From contig ADNK01000063.1 in NCBI GenBank assembly GCA_000320545.1, positions 11,843-75,842 of the forward strand: DNA of 64,000 nucleotides, written 5' to 3'. This stretch comes from Bigelowiella natans CCMP2755. Its lineage: Eukaryota; Protista; Cercozoa. This document shows positions 54,275-64,000 of the stretch, piece by piece. Within the stretch, counting starts at the first letter, position 1. The number at the start of each line of letters is the position of its first letter. The translations under genes and the position numbers were made by a program. A model generated the notes under the pieces. It ran no database searches and was not told the DNA's origin. It saw only the letters and a list, made by a program, of their open reading frames with translations.

Positions 54275-56790
54275 CGCGCACAGGCGCGCACGGTAACATT
54301 AAAAGTCTCGAATACTATTCAATTTTTGTCAATGCAATCCATTATTTCATTGTTTTCTGTTACTGACCAATAAACACTTGGATTCGTGAAAGTACGAGCA
54401 TTGCCAATCTAATCAAGCAGGTTGAATATGATTACCATCGTTGGAGTATGTATATGTGTTTCTATGCTCAATTATTGATATTATTGATATTATTGGAGAG
54501 TATTTGTATGTGAATATATGTATTTATTTGTGGAAATGTGCATATGTTTTGATTAAGATAAACATCTTGGCAACAGCAGCAGCAGTAGCAACATCAGCAC
54601 GCACTAAGCACAGCGCTACGAATGGATCCTCCTTCCTATCCTCCTTGCTCATTGATCGTGCCCTGGAACGCGCATGAAGACTAATTTCGTCGAATCGTTT
54701 CTGACTTCCAAATTCTTCTACTGATATTATCAAAGCCCCACACGATTTAGAAGGCTATTTACTTCAGGAAGGAATGGTATATACAAATAGAACAAATGCT
54801 GGAGTAAATGTTGAGAAATGACCTAATAATAGTTGCTCCTTTTCGTCATTGTCGCCCTCGAATTTTGTCCATTCCTTCATCGATTTTTGCAGCACTGTCA
54901 CGGGTGCATGCGAGATAGTATCCAATCTGCTAATCGAATCATCTTCGAGGAAATCACTAGTAGTTGCCAGCCCTGTGAAAAAATGATGACGAAATTATCA
55001 TTATTCATAGTAGAAGGGCCCAGAGGAGGAGGGAGAGGATTCAGAAGGGAAAGCGCGACATAGACAGAGTTACATAGCTACCTAGAGCTGCAAGCCCTGC
55101 GATAGATGTGATTACAGTGAACAGAATCCGTTGCTTCAGACTTCCGCTACCGCTGTTACTCGTCGTCTCTCTCATGCGGACAAAGCTAGCTCCAAGTAGT
55201 CTTTTCTCATCACTACTCCAGCTGTCGAGTCACCATTGCAATTATCCATACGGCAGGAATCTTCTCTTAGAAGAGATGAGCAGTAATAATAATAGTAATA
55301 ATAGTAGTAATAACAGGGGATTTTTATGCTGCGACTACAGCGTAAGAAAAACAAGCACCACCTCACCTCTGGTGGAAAATTTACAAATACCAGCTTTTGC
55401 TGTCGTCGGTTCCTAGTAATTTATTAATTTTTATTCTCAAAACTAATTTCTGTTCTCTTCACCGAGTCGTACCAGCACGACATATCGAGGATATAACACC
55501 TGAAATTTACCCTACATTATTTTTACTTGGAATTATTATTTCACCACTTATTACAGCTGCTGCTGCTGCTGCTGCATGAGATCGATCATCTCGAATTTAT
55601 TGGGAGTTAGTTAGTTGTTGTTACGACAGGTAATAGTAGCAACTTCCAAAAAAATAGAATACGGATAATAAATCTGATTCCTGTAGGCAGGAGGGGGTGG
55701 GTGCTCGAAGCAGCTAAACTAGAGTAGCTCCAAAACTCACCAACCACGCCTGCGAATTGAAAGAGGGAAAATACTGCGGAGATCTACAATGCTATCTGAA
55801 ACCAAAAGAACTGCGTCCATTCTTGCGTCAGCTTCAAGCTTGTTCGACCTAACAACCAAGTTCGATGATGAAATTTCTTTTACTACAATGGATGCTGTTC
55901 AGCAGGTAGCATTTAATTTTCCCTGATTCTTCCGTAACTAAGTTAACGTGGAATAGGAATGGCACGCGCTGGAAGAGGATGGAGGTTGTCTGTTTTTGTA
56001 AAATGATATTACCAAATTGAACACGGTTTTTGTAATTGCAGGCAGAAAAGATAAAAAAGGAAATGTGAACAAGGTGATCGATCTTCTTGAAGTTTTTGAA
56101 TAAATAGCCGTTCATTCTATGTGTTATGTCCGCTATCAGCCAGTTCATGTTCTCCTTTTCGGGTGCAAATGGTGTTATCCAAGGTTTGTGACGAGAAAAA
56201 GTAGACTAGGAAGTTTACAACTAACCTACATTGCACAATATATAGCTACGCCACATTGAAACATGCGCACGAGATCTTCCACCCAAAAAAGAGCTTACGG
56301 AGTGATAAAGTCTCCACCTTGAAGGTAGCATGAAATTTAAATCTCTGCAGCATGTCACTTCCCAAGATATTGTCGGAGTAGGGTTCCAAGTTCTGTAGAA
56401 TTCATCTCATTTGATTTTCGAAACTTCATTAATGATGTAGGAAGAATTCGGAGATCTTGTGCATCTTCACCTCATTGATCAAGAAGAAGACAGGGAATAC
56501 TGTGATAGGCATGATATAATGGGTAATTGCGTAGTGATCTCTTGTCTGTGGAAACATAAGAAATGATAGATTTTTGTATACACGACTACCATCTAGTTGG
56601 AAGCTCGGTGATGTTTGTGACCACCTCTTCTGGAGACAACTTGTTGTTTAAGAGATTGACCTGGCCTCTCAATGATAGGTTATTGTTACATACATTAAGC
56701 GCATTTCTGACATTTTGATGTAACTTACATAACTACACTACTACACTACAGGGTCATTGGACCCTTCAATAAAATATCCCTGAAAGCAAT
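50723..56790 (-). CDS. Multi-exon glycosyltransferase-like hypothetical protein
   Basis: Exons MNSLNNCYNTILRFEETANIKFDA|VAKSRPDAVF, HFSDLFVFSPR and NEEILF resemble the C...I...E....YD.V.R.RPD / D.F motifs of GT-A-like algal proteins; 5' end unresolved; may be two genes. Confidence 0.5.
53716..53874. repeat. 58-bp tandem repeat, ~2.7 copies, containing splice acceptors
   Basis: gttgtgaagtctgctttaatactt.ttgggagaat.ctctcta at 53716, 53774 and 53832. Confidence 0.95.
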
Positions 56791-57079
56791 TATAAAGGCA
56801 TCTATCAAGGCAGCACAGTCTGGGAAATCGAACGTTGCGATAGATGTCTAACATGGATTCGATGCTTAATGGGATGCGAGATTCACTGATTTTTCATTGG
56901 CATGCACCAAGCTACTTTCATTTTGAGGTAGCGGGTAGCATTGTCAGTGAAACATAAACCATGTTTGTCTGTGTAGTGCTAGCCTACAAAATTTAATAGA
57001 GACAATGTCATAGAGAAAGCTTTATTATAACTATGTCTCTTTTATTCGCAGCTCATTTAATGAGTGGGTGCGTTGAACA

Positions 57080-58260
57080 ATGAGTGCTTCGCATTCAGAA
57101 TGTCGGTTTTACTAGTTTCCGAAAATTCCTAGCTGGCGTAGAGCTCTCTCCGAACATGCATAGCATGGTGTGCTGCATGCGACCAAAAATTTTCAGAAAT
57201 GATTTCAAATTTCAAATTTTGAGGCCAATGCAATGTGCGTGTGGTGTGCGATCGATCCAGCGTAGTTCACTCTTTGGCGCACAGACCTGTCTGGAGCCGG
57301 AAGGTTCGTGTTCTATTGGAACACCGCATTCGATTGCATTACAAATTGATTCAATGTTGGAAACAAGAGCGAACAAACTTCCGCAAGCTTCTCTGCACGT
57401 GACTAGCTGAAGCGCACAAGAGACACGCATGTGCGTCAATAACAAATTTCAACCAAACTAGCAAATGCATGAACTAGTGAATGTGAGAAGCGTGCAACCA
57501 AGTCATCAGACAATGAAGTGCTTGCTAGCTTGCTTGCACTAGTGCAGTCTTGCACAGCGATGCCGCATGGTGGTGTGCAAATAAAGTGGTACCGGTCGTC
57601 TAGTCGTCATGATGCAGCCATTATAGCACAGTCAGTCGATGTGCGTCAAATCATCAGTCAAAGAATCTCCATGTCCACGAATTTGTGCAAGTTCACCGCA
57701 AACGCTGAATTTCTACATGACCGCGCAAAACAGTGAGGGCTGTCGTAGGGGTGCGCGAGTCGCGCCCTAGCTTACATGCGTGCCATAGTACATGACTTTC
57801 ATTCATTGCACGTTATTTGCATCAGAATTCAATTTGTCTAGTTGTGGTCGAGCGAATGATTATATGAGCTAATGATAGATGATCGAACAAATCTGCCTCG
57901 ATCCGCGCCTGCATGCAGGCGTGAGGGTCTGCACAACGCTTCGATTCAGCAACGTAACCACTCTAGCACTAGCACGCACAGCGCGAGCGAGCAGAAAAAA
58001 GTGGCCAAGAAGTGGTGCACCTCTAGTCCTGCAAAAAATGAGTTGGGCAATCAACCCGATGCCTTGGTCACCATACTGCGCTGCAGTTCATCCTGCTTGC
58101 TCATCGCAGATCGAATGCAAAACGTTCCGGACACGCTCACTCATCATTGGCAGACAATAAATGATGCCATGCATATGCATCCTAAGCTAGATCAACAGAA
58201 AGGAGATTGGCGGCCCAATCATAGCATGCGAATCCCTTAGATGACACATGTGTCGTCATG
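57080..58260. other. Partly TpA-depleted, TG/CA-rich island
   Basis: TA sparse and often in CTAG; overlapping Cys/His-rich ORFs. Confidence 0.6.
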
Positions 58261-58699
58261 TCATCTTTCCAATTCATTGTTTCATTTTAAATAATTCAAA
58301 GTTTTCATTTCATCAGCAATTCGTACACCAGAACTCAATTGGAGAAAAAATTGTTTCCATGCTTACTTTCAGTCGTGGACAATTTTGCATGATCTCCCTA
58401 AGACCTATAAAATATTCGATTAAGACACTGGGAAGTGGAACCAGAAGAAAGAAATTTCATGCAAAATAATGAGGCGAGTCAGATAGACTGTGCGCAATGA
58501 AATAACGTCATGGGATATCAGACGGCACTTCCTATTTACAGTCAGTGTCATCATTTTCTCTAAATTTTCAGTGAATTCTGTATTCCTACCTTATAATGCG
58601 CAGAATAACTTCAAGATTGCTGAAATATACAGCAAAGCAATTAATTCTACGAAACAAATGACAACCGATTTACATGTGCAAAATCAAGACACATCAGAC

Positions 58700-59025
58700 A
58701 GAACTCATTGAAGACAACGCCTGGCTTTGGCGTAGAGTTCGAGGTTTTGAAGCTCAGCTTCGATCGTACGGGGAAAGATATTCTTCATGTGTATTTATTA
58801 TGTGATAAATAACGATCTGTTCGCACCAAGGAATTAGGTTGTCGGAATCCTCATCAGATGATCTCTTACCTGCAACAGACACGCTAAGATATTTATATTT
58901 TTGAAAATCCATAACATAAACAAATCAAGGGTTGCTCAGATAGAACTCATTGAAGACAACGCCTGGCTTTGGCGTAGAGTTCGGGGTTTTGAAGCTCAGC
59001 TTCGATCGTACGGGGAAAGATATTC
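58700..59025. repeat. ~84-bp direct repeat, 242-bp spacing (possible duplicated exon)
   Basis: agaactcattgaagacaacgcctggctttggcgtagagttcg.ggttttgaagctcagcttcgatcgtacggggaaagatattc at 58700 and 58942. Confidence 0.9.
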
Positions 59026-59733
59026 ATCAATGCGTGTTTACTATCATCATCATAATCCATGTGATAGACAAACCAGAAGCTCATCTTTAGGGCTTGTATG
59101 GCACTGGGGGCTTCCATCTACAAATATAAACTATTTTACTAAAGCATGACAGGTTTCACTTGCACAGGAAAACGAGAAAACACTCAGAATTAAAAAGCTC
59201 GTTTTGGTATTCGTCACAAAATGTCCGCATTGGATATTAGAATTCATCATTGTGTTGATGCACTCAAATTAAGAAGGGATGGACCTATTACCTGTTTTAT
59301 TCATTAAGAGATGGCATTCTTGTCATTGTTTACGTGCCGAAGCTTGGTGGGGGCGGCGTTGGTGGCGGGTTTTGGTTGGGAAAATTGACAATATATTTCC
59401 CGAAATGTAGGTATTTTTCACAATGTTCTGTCACAATTTACCAATTTCACCTGAAATCGGGGGTTTAAGCCACCTTCGGAGACATGAAGCGCCGAAAAAT
59501 AAAGTTCATTTTTCACAAATTTAAAATAAAATAATTTCGTGGCAAACAGGTTCCCGCCCTCTGCAAAAATCGTCATTCAATTTGCACCAGAAGCTAGAAT
59601 CTAGGGCGTGGCACAACAGACTCGTCATTTTGTCTTGGAACTCTTTGCGACGCAGAAACTAAGTGTTCAAAAAATTGGATAGCCTCATTTTGAAAAGGAT
59701 AAGAAAGGGTTTAAAGTTTTCAGCTTACGCACC

Positions 59734-62700
59734 ATGTCAAGTCACGAAGGCAGCACCTCTGTTGATCTTGAGACCCTCAAAGAAAATGTAAGGAACATTA
59801 TTAAAGAAGGCGATCTCAACATGTTAACGGCCAAGATGATTCGGAAAGAACTGGAGCAGAGACTTAAAATTTCCCTCAGAGCCCAGAAAGCATACGTTGC
59901 AGGATTGGTGGAAGAGCAAATAGAAATATTACGCAATCAAACAGAGGATTTGAACGAAGCAATCGTTCAAGGAATTAAGAAGATTCTCAGCGAAGGAGAC
60001 CTCTCTGATCTTACGAACAAGAAAATCAGAATTCTTCTTGAGAAAGATATTGGAGTGTCTTTGAAGAGCCAAAAGAAAGCAGTCAACGCATTAATTAGTC
60101 GGGAACTTGCAGCGATAAATAGTGCATCCAGTAAAAATGTAGCAGCAGAAAATCATAGTCGAGGGGTTTCAACATCTTATGAAGGGAAAGAAGGCGTTGG
60201 GGATAAGCAACTTTGCAGTGATACCCTTCTAAGGGAGAAGATCCGTCATGTTTTGGAGAAAGGGGATCTTTTAGTTTTAACAAAGAAAACAATCCGCACC
60301 ATGATAGAAGATGATATTGGCGTATCTCTCGTACATCAGAAGAAAAAGATTGGATGTTTGATAACTGAAGAAATTGATGCTATTAGATCACGAGAAAAAA
60401 AAACTGAAGAAAGTGGTTTGAATGAGTTGGATCTTGAAATGGATGATGAGGAGGAGCAGGAAAACGAAGCACGTGAAGTGCCATCTGAAAATACTGCCAC
60501 TATAAGAGATACCATACGACTTATTCTTGAGGAAGGAGATTTGAACGTGCTAACTACGAAGTCTGTTAGAAATGAATTGAAAGGAAGGCTTGGCATTTCT
60601 TTGAAAGGGCGGAAGAAAGAAATATCAGAAATCATAACAGAGGAGATGGAGAAACTAAGCTTTTTGGAGGACCAACCCACAGGGGGCAAAGACACAGCCG
60701 TTGCAATGGAGGAAGACGACCAAGTGGGTAGAAGTATTGACGAGATAAAAGATTCGCCAAGAGGGTCCAGAAAGGGCAAGAAAAAGAAGAGAAGATTGAG
60801 AAGGTTTTGTGTTGAACAATACGAAAAGATTAAATTGCTAACCGCAAATATACAGGCTTCGCCGTCTACGTGAAAATGTTCCAGATATTACAGTGGACCC
60901 GAGGTTTTGCTTTGAGTGTAACTAAATTGATTCATTATCTAATTTTTTTAACCTGGAACAGGAGACGTAGAAAGAGAGGCGAGGACGAACATGGTGACGA
61001 AGAGATGCAAAAAGCTCTCGCAGAATTAAAGTAATGTCCATACCTGAATCATATGCTGGAGCAAGATAATTCAATAAATTTATTGATAGGCGACTGCGTC
61101 AGAGAAGTTCTAAAACTCAATCCACTCAACCAAATGATGAAAGTGTTGAATCACCCTCAACAGAAGCAAGATCGGAAGTGTCAGAATCAATTGAGGTACC
61201 CAATCATACAAAATCACATCCACATTCGATTCTCTAAAAAGACATATCAATAGTCTTTCTTGAAGCTGTTATTCGATGAAGACCTTATTCAAAAGCAAGG
61301 TAGCAAATCAATTAAAAATTCTCCATTAAAAAATTCCACATAACCGTAATCCGTTTCTTTTTGCTGTGCTAATAGCTCAGGAGATCGGATTCCGCGACAA
61401 CAATTTCGAGAAAGTGATATTGCAAGAATTATATCCTTTTCTGAGCACTGATCCTACATATTCTCACACAAGAGTCATGACAAACTCGGAGCACAGATTA
61501 AGATGACGTGTAATATACGATTCTAATGGTTTAGTTTTCGAGGAAGGAAGCTTTTTCTACTCTGAAGAAAATACAGGAATCGACAACGATGGTAGGAAAT
61601 TTCACATATTAATATTTCTAATTAATCAGACTTGAACCCATTCTCATTACCATTAATCATCTTTATCTCGTTAATTTTTTGATAGTAGATCAGTTCAAAT
61701 ATTCCAATATTTATTTAGATCAGTTCAAATATTTCAATATTTATTTACACCTTAGAACGAAAAATCAGCCGAAGATCTTGCTACAGAGTTCTTCAAATAT
61801 ATGCCAGAGCGATATCAGAGAGAGCTTAAAGAACCAGTGTCAGATTCGCCATCGTCGATTAGGTTATTTCAAAAAGCTTCGAGGATATCTTTTTGTTGAT
61901 AAGCCAATTTTAGGTTTTGGAGTTCTACTGTGGAGAAGCTTTCATATATAGAGGAGGCGAAATCTTCTATAAAACTTTGTGAAGAACGGAAAAGAAGAAG
62001 ACGCAAGAAGCAAAATAGAGTGGATATTTTGTAATGAATAAGTTTTGAACAATTTGCGGGAAGTACTAATTCTGATTTTTTAAAAATAAGGTATAAGAGT
62101 CTAGGAGTGAAACTTAAGGATCTGGAATCCTCCTCCAAGCTCGGGGTTGCATTGAATCACCTTGTGACAAAAGTAAGTGGACCGAAATACTCGGTCCGAA
62201 TCGAGCACGCATTCTCTTTGAAAGATTATACAGGCAGGAAAAAATTCCAAGCCTTCAAGGTAACAAAACTAAAAATAAATCTACTAAATATTTGAGCATG
62301 CCGTGTATCTTCCCCAATCTTAGGATCTTGAGAATCATAAGCTTTTGCTAAAAGTATATCCAGTTGCAGCTGGGGCATCTTTATTAAAGCAAGGAATCAG
62401 ATTCAAACCCAAAGAGTGTCCTACGACTGGTTTGTTTCTTCTGGTTATGTGAGTACTGCTTCTCACAATATTTCTCTCAGGAAATTTCGGGAAAGGCATG
62501 AGATTGTCCGATACTCTGGAAGGGGTAAACTTGCATGATAGTGAAGTGAATGTTGGAGTAATAGAAATTCTTCACAGGCAATCCACATGGCAAACGCAAC
62601 GAACAAGAATTTCAAGTATCTTTTGGTTTTCTGTAGAGGTGCTAACAATTTTCGAAATAATTTTTCAGCGATCTGTTAATCTACTAAAATTTTAGTTGCT

Positions 62701-63258
62701 TTGGGAAAAGTCTTCGAAATGAATGACAAAACTCAAAATATCGTGCGTCCTCCAATTCCATACCACTCCGTGATGCAAAGAGGAAAGGTTTTTTCGTATT
62801 GCACTGTACATGCTGTGGCACTAATCAGCTTAAACGATCAAACAGGCTACCCCCATATTCGATGGCGAAATTTTGAAGGAATCAGGAATCTCAATGCCCA
62901 CTGTAAAAATGGTAAGCTCAAAATTACAAAAAGGATATTTGGCTAAACTGTGCAACTCAGGAGGAATTCTGCGAGGGAAAAGAAGCACACAATACCTATT
63001 TTGTGTACGATCATTCACAGGTCCAGAAGTTGTTCCACTCTCAAATGGAAATTACTGACTCTGCAAAATCATTCTAGGTTCTCCAGAAATACATGTGTGT
63101 GATTCACATTGACGACCCAAGAGTGAGAGATTTGGATCGCTGACATCTTTTCCATTTTGTGATGAACCCAATCTGTCGTCGATTGCCATCATACACGTAG
63201 AGAAATGGTCAATGTGCAGACAGTTGTCAACGGAATGTTTTCCGACGCATTTCTTTGA
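59734..63258 (+). CDS. Protein with four DEK-C domains fused to PARP regulatory and degenerate PARP catalytic domains
   Basis: Four I..IL.EGDL..LT.K.IR..LE...G.SL...K repeats in exon 1. Later exons FLKLLFDED, LATEFFKYMP, ENHKLLL, KQGIRFKPKECPTTG|NFGKG and VALGKVFEM...YHSV follow PARP1/2 order. Final exons uncertain. Confidence 0.8.
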
Positions 63259-63358
63259 GATTGTTGCCACCTTTGTTGCACATGCCATTGCATGTTGGCA
63301 CTCGTGTGCAGAAATGTGCCGCCCACACCACTGGAAATGAAGCATTGCTGATTGGAAC

Positions 63359-63397
<39 letters not shown>

Positions 63398-63630
63398 AAG
63401 CGCCGCCGGTCGCCATTTGCCGATCCTGCCAAGGATTGATTGACGTGCATGCTTGCAAAACGTCCGGCATCGCATTGCCAGGTTGCGCACAATTGCAGTG
63501 ACAATGCAACCATCGAACCTGAACTGGTGAACAACAATCCAACAAGTGCACCACAACGCCTGCAATCTGTCATTGAGCTCAAATCCAAACACGCAATCGT
63601 CTAGAACGTTGTCACGTGCAGGGGCAACTG

Positions 63631-63707
63631 GAGCTAGCTGGGCACAAACAATTTTTTTGTTTGGAAACGATTTTGTTTTTTCTGAACAAGCACTTCACTT
63701 GAACAAA
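63631..63707. mobile_element. MITE family A terminal fragment
   Basis: gagct(agct)gggcacaaacaattttttt...ttgaacaaa, inverted relative to 18181-18255. Confidence 0.75.
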
Positions 63708-63892
63708 CAGGGCGCCCCAGAGCTCAAGGGGAGCGGGTTTGCGGACACAGTGATCGCACGCGCCCTGCGGCCCTGCCGAGCGCCGCCGGCGGAAACTGAC
63801 ATGCGGAAATGGCTTCTCTTGGCGCGTTGCGCCATTTCCGCATTTCACCATGCCAAAACAGAGCATTTTTCTGCAATTCAGTGAAATCTGCA
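63708..63892. mobile_element. MITE family B copy, truncated toward the telomere
   Basis: Starts CAGGGCGCCCCAGAGCTCAA; body is the reverse complement of ~19595-19795; second TIR absent. Confidence 0.8.
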
Positions 63893-63921
63893 ATGGAAAC
63901 TTGCAAACTTCACTGCAACCA

Positions 63922-64000
63922 AGGGTTAGGGTTAGGGTTAGGGTTAGGGTTAGGGTTAGGGTTAGGGTTAGGGTTAGGGTTAGGGTTAGGGTTAGGGTTA
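63922..64000 (+). repeat. Telomeric repeat (TTAGGG)n
   Basis: About 13 perfect units to the window end, G-rich strand pointing outward. Confidence 0.97.

Noticed and set aside
1-64000. tRNA, rRNA or autonomous transposase/reverse transcriptase genes
   Set aside because: None recognised by eye; a covariance-model or HMM scan, ideally after restoring TA in the islands, would be needed to exclude them

Overview
Gene-dense, intron-rich eukaryotic nuclear DNA ending in a (TTAGGG)n telomere. Bipartite signal-plus-transit leaders on plastid proteins and a signal-peptide-bearing 60S ribosomal protein eL39 point to an alga with a complex plastid and nucleomorph, most likely a chlorarachniophyte (inference). 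About 15 genes were reconstructed by hand: a membrane lipase-3-like protein, a HIT-like protein, DASH subunit Ask1, an inositol 5-phosphatase, eL39, Cdc25, an ankyrin protein, PAP-fibrillin, DUF1997, an unknown protein, SCOT, an HDAC, V-ATPase d, a GT-like protein and a 4xDEK-C/PARP-like protein. They alternate strands almost perfectly. The most striking signal is a set of islands, mostly between convergent gene 3' ends and next to the telomere, where TpA is nearly absent except in CTAG while CpG persists. Paralogous MITE copies in these islands differ by reciprocal TG/CA. This suggests a targeted TpA->TpG/CpA hypermutation or base-modification system, opposite in direction to fungal RIP. Exon boundaries are manual and approximate unless stated.
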